Below are positions 8,495 through 16,903 of a stretch of DNA of 32,000 nucleotides, piece by piece. The first letter of the stretch is position 1. Each line of letters opens with the position of its first letter. The stretch is from positions 540,001 to 572,000 of the forward strand of contig NC_017080.1 of the NCBI RefSeq assembly GCF_000284115.1. The letters are read 5' to 3'. The DNA is from Phycisphaera mikurensis NBRC 102666 (GTDB taxonomy: Bacteria; Planctomycetota; Phycisphaerae; Phycisphaerales; Phycisphaeraceae). The translations under genes were made by a program, and so were the position numbers. Below the pieces are notes generated by a model that was given only the letters and a program-made list of their open reading frames with translations, was not told the DNA's origin and searched no databases.

Positions 8495-9400
8495 ATGCCC
8501 ACCACCCTCTCCTTCACCGACTCGACGCCTCTGCTCGGCGACCGCGAGGCGCTCCGCGCCCGCGCCGACGGGGACGGCTACCTCTTCTTCGCCGGCCGGC
8601 TGCCCGCGGAGCCGCTGCTCTGCCTCCGCCGCAAGATTCTGGAGATCGTCGGCCGCCACGGCTTGCTCGATCCCGAGCGTGGCGGCGAGGGCTTCGCCCA
8701 CGTGGAGAAGCTCCGTGGGCTGGAGCTGCCCGGCGGCTGCACCGAGGGCATCTACCGCGACGTGCAGCGGCTGGAGTCCTTCCACACGCTGGCCCACCAC
8801 CGCGGTCTGCTGGAGATCTTTGAGACGCTCTTCGAGGGCCCGGTGCTCCCGCACCCGCGGAACATCGCCCGCGTGCTGCTGCCGGCGCCCGACGCCGCGG
8901 CCACCCCGCCCCACCAGGACTTCATCCACGTCCAGGGTGCGACCGAGACCTGGACCGCCTGGTTCCCGCTGGGCGACTGCCCCCGGGAACTCGGCGGGCT
9001 CAGCGTCCTGGAGAAAAGCCACAAGAAGGGCGTGCTCGCCGTGGGGGACGCCGCGGGCGCCGGCGGCTTGGGCACGATCCTCTGCCGCGGCGAGGACACC
9101 TGGCTGGAGCACGATTACGCCGTCGGCGACGTCCTGACCTTCCCGAGCACCACCGTCCACCGCGGCCTTCCCAACCGCCTGCCCGGCCGCATCCGCCTCT
9201 CCTGCGACCTCCGCTACCAGGACGCTTACGACGAGATCGAGCAGAAGTCGCTCGAACCCCACCGCAACATCCTCACCTGGCACGAGGTCTACGCCGGCTG
9301 GAGTAGCGACCGCTACCAGCGATACTGGGAGGACCTGGAGCTGATGATCTCCCCCTGGGACGAGTCGATCCGCTGGCAGAAGGAGCGCATCTGCGACTGA
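8495..9400 (+). CDS. Phytanoyl-CoA dioxygenase (PhyH)-like Fe(II)/2-oxoglutarate oxygenase
   Basis: HxD in PPHQDFIHVQGATETWTAWFPLGDC, distal H in FPSTTVHRGLPNRLPGRIRLSCDLRYQ. Confidence 0.8.
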   Translation: MPTTLSFTDSTPLLGDREALRARADGDGYLFFAGRLPAEPLLCLRRKILEIVGRHGLLDPERGGEGFAHVEKLRGLELPGGCTEGIYRDVQRLESFHTLAHHRGLLEIFETLFEGPVLPHPRNIARVLLPAPDAAATPPHQDFIHVQGATETWTAWFPLGDCPRELGGLSVLEKSHKKGVLAVGDAAGAGGLGTILCRGEDTWLEHDYAVGDVLTFPSTTVHRGLPNRLPGRIRLSCDLRYQDAYDEIEQKSLEPHRNILTWHEVYAGWSSDRYQRYWEDLELMISPWDESIRWQKERICD

Positions 9401-9468
9401 TCCCGCGGGGCGGACGCCCGCCGTCACGCCGCGGCAGGGGAGGTCCCGGCGGCGCAGCCCCGGCGTGG

Positions 9469-10317
9469 TCAGCCGGCGTCCGCCGCGGCATCGCCCCGGA
9501 GCGGGCGGCGGAGGGCGCAGACCGCCAGGCCGAGCAGGCCGGTGACCGCGGCGGCGGGGGTGGGCACGGCCACCGGGTCGGGGACGCCGCCGCCGCCGCC
9601 GCCGCCGCCGTCGACCGGGACGTCCACCCCGCCGTCGTCCACCGCGTCGTTGCCGTCGCCGTCCACCGCCACGCGGGCCACGGAGTGGATGAGCACGAAC
9701 TCGTCGGGGCCGAGCTCGGGCGTCACGCCGTCCTCGAACGCGAAGTCCCGCAGCGGCAGCTCGCCGAAGGGGGCACCGCCTCGGAAGGTCGGCACGCCCG
9801 CGATCTGGTCGAGGATCGACAGCCCGGTGTCGTCGGCGACCTCGCCGAAGACGGTGAAGCCGCCGTCGACGCCGTCGAGGAAGCCGTTGTCCTTGAGGTT
9901 GAAGAAGAACTGGTTGGTGCCGCTGTCCTCCTGGCCGCCGACGCGCGCGAGGGCGAGCGTGCCGCGCGTGTTGGAGATGCCGGGCTCGTTGGCGACGGGC
10001 CCCCGGTTGGGGACGCTGCCCAGGTCGAAGGGCGTGGAGACGGGCTCGCCGTCGTAGCGGAAGGCCCCGCCCTGCACCACGAACTCGCGTCCCTGGTCGT
10101 CCTCGGCCGCCCGGTGGAAGATCGTGCCGTCGTACTCGCCCGCGTCCACGTACCCGAGGAAGTTCGCGACGTGGCCCGGGGTCGCTTCATCGAAGAGGTC
10201 CACGTCGAAGGAGCCGAAGACCGTGTCGAAGCGCACGGTCTCGGCGGCGGCCGGCGAAGCGGCGGCGAGAAGAGCGGCCAGAGCGGGCGCGGCGGCGGTG
10301 AGGCGGGCGAGGGGCAT
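9469..10317 (-). CDS. Secreted cyclophilin-type peptidyl-prolyl cis-trans isomerase with C-terminal hydrophobic anchor
   Basis: MPLARLTAAAPALAALLAAASPAAAETVRFDTVFGSFDVDLFDEATPGHVANFLGYVDAGEYDGTIFHR...FVVQGGAF...NEPGISNTRGTLALARVGGQEDSGTNQFFFNLKDN; tail VAVPTPAAAVTGLLGLAVCALRRPLRG. Confidence 0.88.
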   Translation of the reverse strand: MPLARLTAAAPALAALLAAASPAAAETVRFDTVFGSFDVDLFDEATPGHVANFLGYVDAGEYDGTIFHRAAEDDQGREFVVQGGAFRYDGEPVSTPFDLGSVPNRGPVANEPGISNTRGTLALARVGGQEDSGTNQFFFNLKDNGFLDGVDGGFTVFGEVADDTGLSILDQIAGVPTFRGGAPFGELPLRDFAFEDGVTPELGPDEFVLIHSVARVAVDGDGNDAVDDGGVDVPVDGGGGGGGGVPDPVAVPTPAAAVTGLLGLAVCALRRPLRGDAAADAG

Positions 10318-10594
10318 GCAGGCTCCAAGGGTCGAGAAATCGATCGCCCAGCGGCGACCGGATCGCGCCAAGCTACACGCTCCCGGCCGCGGTGGCGCGG
10401 GAAAACCCGGAAAGCGGCTTCCGTCGCTCACCCCACGCGGCGTCGCGACCCGGATCCGCGGACCGTCGGGCTCCGGCGGCGGTTTCGGCCGCGGTCCGCG
10501 GGCTCCCGGCCGGGCTCCGGGACGGCCGCCGCGCCGGGGAAGCCGGAGCCGCGAGCTCGCGCCGCGTGGCGCCACCCGCTCCGCGGCGAGCCGT

Positions 10595-11365
10595 TCAGGC
10601 CCGCCCGCTGCGGGCGAGCACCATGTGCCGCTGCAGGCTCCGCCCCGGGCACGCGGTCGGGTTGAGCTCCTGGTGCGTGTGGATGCGGCTCATCGGCACC
10701 CGCCCGGCGGCGGCGAGGCTGGTGAGCGCCGCGTGGAGGGCGTTGAGCTGGGCGGCGGCGGGTGCCTGCTCGTCGAAGTTGCCCAGGACGCAGACGCCGA
10801 CGTTGTGCTCGTTGTTCTCGGCGGCGTGGGCGCCCTGGTAGCGGACGTCGCGGCAGGCGAGCACGCGGCCGCCGCGGTCGACGGCGAAGTGGTAGCCGAT
10901 GTCGGCCCAGCCCCGCTTGAGGTGGCCCTCGCGGATCGACTCGAGCATGTCCGCCGTCTCGTTCGCCGAGGTGCCCCGCATCGCCATCGCGGAGTGGTGG
11001 ACGGTGATGCGGCTCACGCCGTTCATCGCTCTGACGTTGGTGCCCGGGGCGGCGCGGGTCCAGCTTGAACGCGGGGTGACCGCCATCGACACCGGCAGGG
11101 CCGGCGCCGCCGCGGCCGGCGGGGGCGGGGCGGGCCTCACGACGCGCACCGGGGCCGCCGGCCGCGGCGGGGCGGGGTAGCCGGTGGAGGCGCCCGGGCC
11201 GGTGCCCGCGGCGCTCTGCGGCGTCGCGTAGTAGGCGGGAACGGCGCCGACGCACCCGGGCAGCCACGCGGCGCCGAGCGCGGCGAGGCCGCCGCCGAGC
11301 CCGACGCGCAGCGCGCGGCGGCGGGAGATCGCGTCGGCGGAGGGTTCGGGGGGCGTGTGGGACAT
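10595..11365 (-). CDS. N-acetylmuramoyl-L-alanine amidase / PGRP-domain protein with Tat-like lipoprotein signal
   Basis: MSHTPPEPSADAISRRRALRVGLGGGLAALGAAWLPGC; PGRP hallmarks ITVHHSAMAM, GWADIGYHFAVDRGGRV, GVCVLGNF, HTHQELNPTACPG. Confidence 0.88.
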   Translation of the reverse strand: MSHTPPEPSADAISRRRALRVGLGGGLAALGAAWLPGCVGAVPAYYATPQSAAGTGPGASTGYPAPPRPAAPVRVVRPAPPPPAAAAPALPVSMAVTPRSSWTRAAPGTNVRAMNGVSRITVHHSAMAMRGTSANETADMLESIREGHLKRGWADIGYHFAVDRGGRVLACRDVRYQGAHAAENNEHNVGVCVLGNFDEQAPAAAQLNALHAALTSLAAAGRVPMSRIHTHQELNPTACPGRSLQRHMVLARSGRA

Positions 11366-11522
11366 CGGGAAGTCGTTATCGGGCCGCGGCCGCGTCGGGC
11401 TCCGCAAGCCGTGCGCTCCGCGCGCCGCGGGCGCCGGGCACAGTGTCGCGACGCGGCGACGCGGAGGCAAACGGCCGGCGGGGGCGCCCGCCGCGCCGCC
11501 CGCGCCCCGCCGCGCCCGGGCG

Positions 11523-12242
11523 TCAGACGTCCGCGGGGGGCTCGCCCGCCGGATCCGCGGCGGCCGCTGCCGGGTCCGCGGCGGCCGCCGCCGCGGCGCG
11601 CCGCCCGCTCCCGCCGCGGGGGTGCCGCTTGAAGACCCGCTGAAAGAAGAGGTTGTTGGGCACCTGGAACGTCGCGCCCTCCCCGTCGAGCAGCGTGGTG
11701 TGGGTGAGATTCACCGCGAGCACGCGCCCGCGGATCGGATCCGGCGGGAGCTCGATCTCATCGCCCACGCGGAACGGCCGGTTGGCGAGCAGGATCAGCG
11801 AGCAGAGCACGTTGGACAGCACCGACCACACGGCGAAGAAGCCGATGGCCACGAGCGTGACGGCCCCGACGATCGCGGCCCAGAAGTTCTCGAGCACGCC
11901 CCAGCGGGCGGCGACGGCGGCGAGGACGAGGACGACCGTCACCCACCGCAGGAACGTGCGCAGCGTCACGCCGACGGACTCGTCGAGGTGCGTGCGTTGC
12001 ACCATCGCGGCGATGCCGCGGGAGGCGAGGCGGTAGCCGAAGGTGGCCGCGGCCAGGATCACCAGCGTCGAGAGCACCTCCGGCACGGAGGAGACCGCTT
12101 CGCGGGCCCACCGCTCCGCCGCGTGGGAGACGGTGCCCGCGTGCTCGATCAGCTCCGAGGAGACGCCTTCGACGACGGTGGCCGCGTCGGTGGCGGCGTG
12201 CGCTTCGGGTTCGGGAGAGCGTGAAAAGGCGTTCTGCGGCAT
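11523..12242 (-). CDS. MscS family small-conductance mechanosensitive ion channel
   Basis: TM helices followed by WSVLSNVLCSLILLANRPFRVGDEIELPPDPIRGRVLAVNLTHTTLLDGEGATFQVPNNLFFQRVFKR (MscS beta domain). Confidence 0.85.
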   Translation of the reverse strand: MPQNAFSRSPEPEAHAATDAATVVEGVSSELIEHAGTVSHAAERWAREAVSSVPEVLSTLVILAAATFGYRLASRGIAAMVQRTHLDESVGVTLRTFLRWVTVVLVLAAVAARWGVLENFWAAIVGAVTLVAIGFFAVWSVLSNVLCSLILLANRPFRVGDEIELPPDPIRGRVLAVNLTHTTLLDGEGATFQVPNNLFFQRVFKRHPRGGSGRRAAAAAAADPAAAAADPAGEPPADV

Positions 12243-12892
12243 CAGCTTCCTCGGTCGGGTTCGGCGGGGGCGTCGAAGAGGGCCTCGGCCCGGCCGACGA
12301 GCCAGGCGGCGAAGGCGGCTTTGGTCATCGGCCCCGGCCGCTCGCGGTGCCCGCCGGCGTGCAGGAGCACCGCGTCGACGCCGGCGGAGCCGAGCGTCGC
12401 CACCGGGTTCGCGACGGCGGCGTCGACGCCCTTGGCGGCGAGCTTCGCCGCGGCGCGCGTCTCCAGCTGCTCGGCCTCCTCGAGGCTGAACGAGACGATC
12501 CGCTGGCCCGGCCCGCGCCGGGCGGCGCAGGCGGCGACGAGGTCGGGCACGGCCTCGAGGTCCAGCGTGAGCCGGCCCGCCCGCGGCAGCTTCCCGGCGG
12601 CGGGCGCGGCGGGGCGGTGGTCGGCGACGGCGGCGGCCATAACGAGCAGCTCGCAGGCGGGGAAGCGTGCCGCGAGGGCCGCTTCGAGGTCCAGGGAGGA
12701 GCCGAACCGGTGGACGTCGAGGCCGGTCCGCGCCGCGGGTGCCGGGCACGGCGGGCCCAGCAGCAGCGTGACGCGGTGGCCGGCGTCGGCGGCGGCGGCG
12801 GCGATGGCGGTGCCCATGCCGCCGGTGCTGCGGTTGGACAGCACCCGGACCGCGTCGATCGGCTCCCAGGTGGGGCCGGCCGTGACCAGCAC
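12242..12892 (-). CDS. coaB: Phosphopantothenate-cysteine ligase (CoaB)-like protein, standalone
   Basis: VLVTAGPTWEPIDAVRVLSNRSTGGMGTAIAAAAADAGHRVTLLLGP...MAAAVADHRP...KLPR...LTLDLEAVPDLVAA; matches the C-terminal half of CoaBC. GTG start at 12892 inferred. Stop overlaps the mscS ATG (TGATG). Confidence 0.82.
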   Translation of the reverse strand: MLVTAGPTWEPIDAVRVLSNRSTGGMGTAIAAAAADAGHRVTLLLGPPCPAPAARTGLDVHRFGSSLDLEAALAARFPACELLVMAAAVADHRPAAPAAGKLPRAGRLTLDLEAVPDLVAACAARRGPGQRIVSFSLEEAEQLETRAAAKLAAKGVDAAVANPVATLGSAGVDAVLLHAGGHRERPGPMTKAAFAAWLVGRAEALFDAPAEPDRGS

Positions 12893-12900
12893 GCGGCGTC

Positions 12901-14187
12901 TCAAGCCGGGGCCGCCGCGGCGGCGACTCCGGCCGGTGCGGGCTCGCCCGGAGCGTCGAGGGCCCGCGGGCCGAGCGTGACGATCGTCATCGCCTCGGGG
13001 CCCGGGGCGTTCGCGTCGAGGAAGTCCCGCAGCCGCCCGGGGGTCACCGCCGCGACCTCCTCCACCCGCTCCGCGAGCGTGCGCGGGCGGCCGTGCACGG
13101 CGACGTCGAAGGACAGCGACGAAGCCCGGGCCGACGTGCTCTCGCCGGACATCACCAGCCTGCTCTTCATCCCGACCATCGCGCGGCGGAACTCGTCGCC
13201 GCCGACCGGCTCGGCGTGCAGCCGCCGCAGCTCGTGGACCAGCACGTCGAGCGTCTCCTGCGCCCGCGGGGCGGTGGTGCCCGCGTACGCGTAGACCCCG
13301 CCGCGGTCGGCGTGCCCGCCGTAGCCGGCGTACACGCTGTAGCAGAGGCCACGCTTCTCTCGGACCTCGGTGAAGAGCCGGCCGGACATGCCGCCGGAGA
13401 GGACCGCCACCGCCGCCTTCTGCAGCACCGCGTCGGGGTGGTTGGCGGGCACGGCGTCCCACCGCAGCGCGATGTGCACCTGCTCGCTGGGGTCCTGCAC
13501 GTGGTGCTGCGCGGGCACGGGCGTCGGGCCCACCTCGTACCCGGCCGGGGCGGAGGCCGCCGACCAGCCGGCGGTAAGGCGTTCGGCGGCGGCGAAGAAA
13601 GCCTCGGGATCGACCGCCCCCGCGACCGCGAGCACCGAACCGGCGGGCCCGGCGTGCGCCGCCCAAAAAGCCCGGGCGTCCGCGGCGGTCAGGGCCGCGA
13701 GCCCCGCCCGCGTGCCCTCGGGGTGGCGGTCCAGCGGGGCGGGCAGGTGCCGGGCCGACAGCTCGATCATCGCCCGCTCCTGCGGCTCGTCCTCGAGCGC
13801 GTCGAGGCTCTGCGTCTGCAGGTCGCGGCACGGCCCGAACTGGGCGTCGTCGAGGTGCGGCGCGGTGACGGTGTCCAGCAGCGGGGCCAGGGCCTCGTCG
13901 AGGTTGACGCCGAGCATCACGGCGTCGAGCTCGAAGTCGCGGCTGCTCGACCCGCACCCGCGGCGGACGCCCAGCCGGTCGAGCGCCTCGGCGTGGGCCC
14001 GCGCGTCCAGCCCGCCCGCTCCGCGGCAGAGGAACTCGCCCATCAGCGGCGCCACGCCCTGCCGGTCCTCGGGCTGGTGGACCTCGCCCGCGGGCACCCG
14101 CAGCGACACCGCGGCCGACGCCGCGCCGGCCATGGGCTCGGCGAGGACGATCAGGCCCGAGGCGGTGGTGTGGGCGTGGATCGGCAC
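12901..14187 (-). CDS. M16 family (insulinase-like) peptidase homolog, probably non-catalytic
   Basis: PIHAHTTASGLIVLAEPMAGAASAAVSLRVPAGEVHQPEDRQGVAPLMGEFLCRGAGG...VREKRGLCYSVYAGYGGHADRGGVYAYAGTTAPRAQETLDVLVHEL. HxxEH position reads PLMGE. GTG start at 14187 inferred. Confidence 0.83.
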   Translation of the reverse strand: MPIHAHTTASGLIVLAEPMAGAASAAVSLRVPAGEVHQPEDRQGVAPLMGEFLCRGAGGLDARAHAEALDRLGVRRGCGSSSRDFELDAVMLGVNLDEALAPLLDTVTAPHLDDAQFGPCRDLQTQSLDALEDEPQERAMIELSARHLPAPLDRHPEGTRAGLAALTAADARAFWAAHAGPAGSVLAVAGAVDPEAFFAAAERLTAGWSAASAPAGYEVGPTPVPAQHHVQDPSEQVHIALRWDAVPANHPDAVLQKAAVAVLSGGMSGRLFTEVREKRGLCYSVYAGYGGHADRGGVYAYAGTTAPRAQETLDVLVHELRRLHAEPVGGDEFRRAMVGMKSRLVMSGESTSARASSLSFDVAVHGRPRTLAERVEEVAAVTPGRLRDFLDANAPGPEAMTIVTLGPRALDAPGEPAPAGVAAAAAPA

Positions 14188-14216
14188 GGGGGCAGCGTAA
14201 GCGGCGGCTGGCGGGG

Positions 14217-14408
14217 GAAGCGAAGAAGCGAAGAAGCGGGGAGGCGAAGAAGCGGGGAAGCGAAGAAGCGAAGAAGCGAAGAAGTGAAGAAGTGAAGAAG
14301 CGGGGAAGCGAAGAAGCGAAGAAGCGGGGAAGTGAAGAAGTGAAGAAGTGAAGAAGTGAAGAAGTGAAGAAGTGAAGAAGCGGAGAAGGGGGGAAGTGGA
14401 GAGGTGGG
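14217..14408. repeat. Polypurine tandem array, 8-bp period, 24 units (consensus GAAGYGRR)
   Basis: Parsed as 24 x 8 bp without indels: gaagcgaa, gaagcggg, gaggcgaa ... six consecutive gaagtgaa ... gaagcgga gaaggggg gaagtgga gaggtggg. Confidence 0.93.
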
Positions 14409-14499
14409 GGGCGGGGGTGGGCTGTGGTGGCCGATTTGTTTGTGGTGTGTTGCTCGGAGCTCTTGCTCTTCGCCGCTGGCCCGCTCGTAGGCTCCGCGC

Positions 14500-15462
14500 A
14501 TCTTCGCCCTCGGCACGCTCTTCGGACTCGCCTCCGCCTGGGGCCACAGCCTCGCCTACCTCGCGTCGCGCTCTTTCACGGCGGAGCGGCCGGGTGCCCC
14601 CAAGCGGGGGAACGCGTTCGAGCTGCTGGTGATGGCGCACGTGCCGCTGGGGGTCCTCGCGGCGGCGGTGCTGGCGGCCACCTGGGACGCGGAGGCGATC
14701 GGGGCGGCGTGGCCGTCGCTGCTGCTGGCGTTCGGCTGCTTCTTCGTGGCGCAGGGGGCGCTGTTCTCGGCGCTGCGGCGGGTGGAGGCGTCGACGGTCG
14801 CGCCGCTGCTGTCGGTGAAGATCGCGACGCTGGCGGCCGCGTCCTGGGCGGTGCAGGGGGTGGCGGTGACGCCGCTGGGTTTCCTGGCGATCGGCCTGGC
14901 GGTGGGCGGCGCTGCGGTGGTGGGCGGCGTGGGCGAGCGGCCGGACGCGCGGTCGCTGGGGCTGATCTTCCTGGCGATCGCGGGCTACACGGGCTGCGAC
15001 ATGGGCATCGTCCGCACCATCGAGCGGATGCTCGCGGCCACGGGCCCCGACGGGACCGGCGGCGGCGACCGCCTCCGGGCGGCGATGCGTGCCGCGGGCG
15101 TGCTGTACAGCGGCTTCGGCCTCGTCGCCCTTGCGCTGCTCCCCGGGGTGCTGCGGCGGCGGGCCGCCCGGCCCCGCTGGGGCGGGGCGCTGGCCTACGC
15201 GGCGTGCTGGGCGCTCGCCATGGCGACGCTGTTCTCGGCCTTCTCGCTGCTCTCGGTCGTGCTCGTGGTGATCCTGCAGAGCACCCGCTCGCTGTGGTCG
15301 GTGCTGCTCGGCGGCCTGCTCGGACGCCTCGGGCTCGGCCACCTCGAGACCAATCACTCCAACGGCGCCCTGGCGGTGCGGCTGCTGGGGGCGGCGGCGC
15401 TCGTGCTGGCGGTCGGCCTCTACGCCTGGGGCGGGTCGGCCCCCCCCGCGGGCGCCGGCTGA
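14500..15462 (+). CDS. EamA/DMT-superfamily-like membrane transporter (start codon uncertain; ORF track starts at GTG 14629)
   Basis: Hydrophobic protein with about 8-10 TM segments and an internal duplication. Upstream in-frame sequence IFALGTLFGLASAWGHSLAYLASRSFTAERPGAPKRGNAFELL looks like the missing first TM helix but has no ATG/GTG/TTG. Confidence 0.6.
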   Translation: MFALGTLFGLASAWGHSLAYLASRSFTAERPGAPKRGNAFELLVMAHVPLGVLAAAVLAATWDAEAIGAAWPSLLLAFGCFFVAQGALFSALRRVEASTVAPLLSVKIATLAAASWAVQGVAVTPLGFLAIGLAVGGAAVVGGVGERPDARSLGLIFLAIAGYTGCDMGIVRTIERMLAATGPDGTGGGDRLRAAMRAAGVLYSGFGLVALALLPGVLRRRAARPRWGGALAYAACWALAMATLFSAFSLLSVVLVVILQSTRSLWSVLLGGLLGRLGLGHLETNHSNGALAVRLLGAAALVLAVGLYAWGGSAPPAGAG

Positions 15463-15494
15463 ACCCGGCCGCCGATCGAGCCGATCTCCACGGC

Positions 15495-16796
15495 ATGACG
15501 GCGAACCCTGTGAACGTGGCGGCCTCGACCGACCGCCGGCACTTCCCCCGGTGGTCGACGGCGGGTCTGGAGTCGGCGCTGGGCCGCGTGACCGACCTCT
15601 CGCTCTCGGGCATGCGGATCCGCAAGACGGGCAACCCCGGCCTGCGGGAAGGCGACCGGTTCCGGCTGGAGGTCCGCCACGAGGAGACCGTCTTCCTGCT
15701 CCCCGCCCAGCTGGCGTCGGTGCGGCCGCACGCCGGCGGCGGCGGGGGCGGGATGGTCGACCTGGGCATCCGCTTCCCCGAGATGACCAAGGCGCAGAAG
15801 CGGACGGTCAAGCGGATGCTGGAGGCCGCGGGCTGGCCCGACGGCGGCGGCGAGATCCTCTTCAAGGCGCTGCCCGAGGACGGGGACGAAGACGCGGCCC
15901 TCGCCGCCCCCGCCGCGCCCGCCGCCCCCGCTGTTCAGGAGGCGCCCCCGCCGGTCCCGCCCCCCGTGGCCGCGGTGCCGCGGCCCGCACCGGCGACGGC
16001 CGCGCCCGAGCCCCCGACGGCACCCGAGCCCGCCGAGCCCGACGCATCGATGCCCGAACTCGCCTTCTCTCCGCTCCCGCTGCCCGGGCTCGGCGAGAGC
16101 GAGGCGGAGCCTGCGGCCCCGGAGAGCCCGCTGCCCGGCCTCGCCAGCTGGAGCCAGCTGACCGAGGCCGCCGACGGCACGCTCACCGCGGCCGAAGCCG
16201 CCGCCGCGGCGAGAGCCGAGACCGACCCGGCGCCGCCCACCGAGCCGGTCGCCGCGCCCCCGGCGGCCGGAGGCGGCCTCTCCGCGGAGGAGGCCCAGGA
16301 GATCGCCGCCCTCGGCGCCGGCGCGGCGGGCCTCGCCGACCTCGCCGGCGCGGCTGCCGCCCCCTCCGCGTCGCCCACGCCCGCGGCCGGCGTTCCCAAC
16401 AACCACTTCCAGGCTCAACCCGTCGACAGCGGCCTCCGCCACCTGCCCGCCAGCGGTCTCGAAGGCTCGGCACCCCGCCAGCAGAACCAGCGAAAGAACG
16501 GCCGCCTCGCCGCGCAGGACGCCCACACCGCCCTGGGGGAGGTCCTGGACATCTCCGCCTCGGGCATGCGGATCCGCCGCCGCGGCACCAAGCCGGTGGA
16601 GGTGGGCTCGCACTTCCTGCTCGACCTTTACGTGTGCGGCCGCGCCGTCCGCCTCCCGGTGGAGGTGGTTCGGATCATGAAGTCCGGGTGGCGGAGCTAC
16701 GACTACGGGCTCCGCTTCGGCGAGCTGCCGCCGGAGATGCGGGCCCAGTTCGGCATGCTCGCCCGCATGGCCGCCAAGCACGTCAGCATCGCGTAG
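15495..16796 (+). CDS. Protein with two PilZ domains separated by a long Ala/Pro-rich linker
   Basis: N-terminal RRHFPR...RVTDLSLSGMRIRKTG and C-terminal QRKNGRLAAQ...EVLDISASGMRIRRRG, each with RxxxR and DxSxxG motifs of PilZ. Confidence 0.85.
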   Translation: MTANPVNVAASTDRRHFPRWSTAGLESALGRVTDLSLSGMRIRKTGNPGLREGDRFRLEVRHEETVFLLPAQLASVRPHAGGGGGGMVDLGIRFPEMTKAQKRTVKRMLEAAGWPDGGGEILFKALPEDGDEDAALAAPAAPAAPAVQEAPPPVPPPVAAVPRPAPATAAPEPPTAPEPAEPDASMPELAFSPLPLPGLGESEAEPAAPESPLPGLASWSQLTEAADGTLTAAEAAAAARAETDPAPPTEPVAAPPAAGGGLSAEEAQEIAALGAGAAGLADLAGAAAAPSASPTPAAGVPNNHFQAQPVDSGLRHLPASGLEGSAPRQQNQRKNGRLAAQDAHTALGEVLDISASGMRIRRRGTKPVEVGSHFLLDLYVCGRAVRLPVEVVRIMKSGWRSYDYGLRFGELPPEMRAQFGMLARMAAKHVSIA

Positions 16797-16903
16797 AGCC
16801 CCGCTTCGCGGGTGGACGTCCGCACCGCTCCGCTCGCTCTCGTTTCGCGTCTGCGTCTCCAAGATCGACCCCGCCGCGGGCGGAGCGTTCGTACGCTGAC
16901 GCG

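Noticed and set aside
12221-14295. Plus-strand ORFs of 357 and 400 aa
   Set aside because: Antisense to coaB/M16, with low-complexity Arg/Ala/Gly composition.
12901-15357. 818-aa minus-strand ORF including SSLLRFFASSLLHFFTSSLL repeats
   Set aside because: Only the C-terminal 428 residues (M16 homolog) are credible. The Ser/Leu/Phe repeat is the 8-bp DNA array, and the N-terminal part is antisense to the transporter gene.
14424-16796. 790-aa ORF presented as a single protein
   Set aside because: The first part is the EamA-like transporter in the wrong frame. The PilZ protein starts at ATG 15495.
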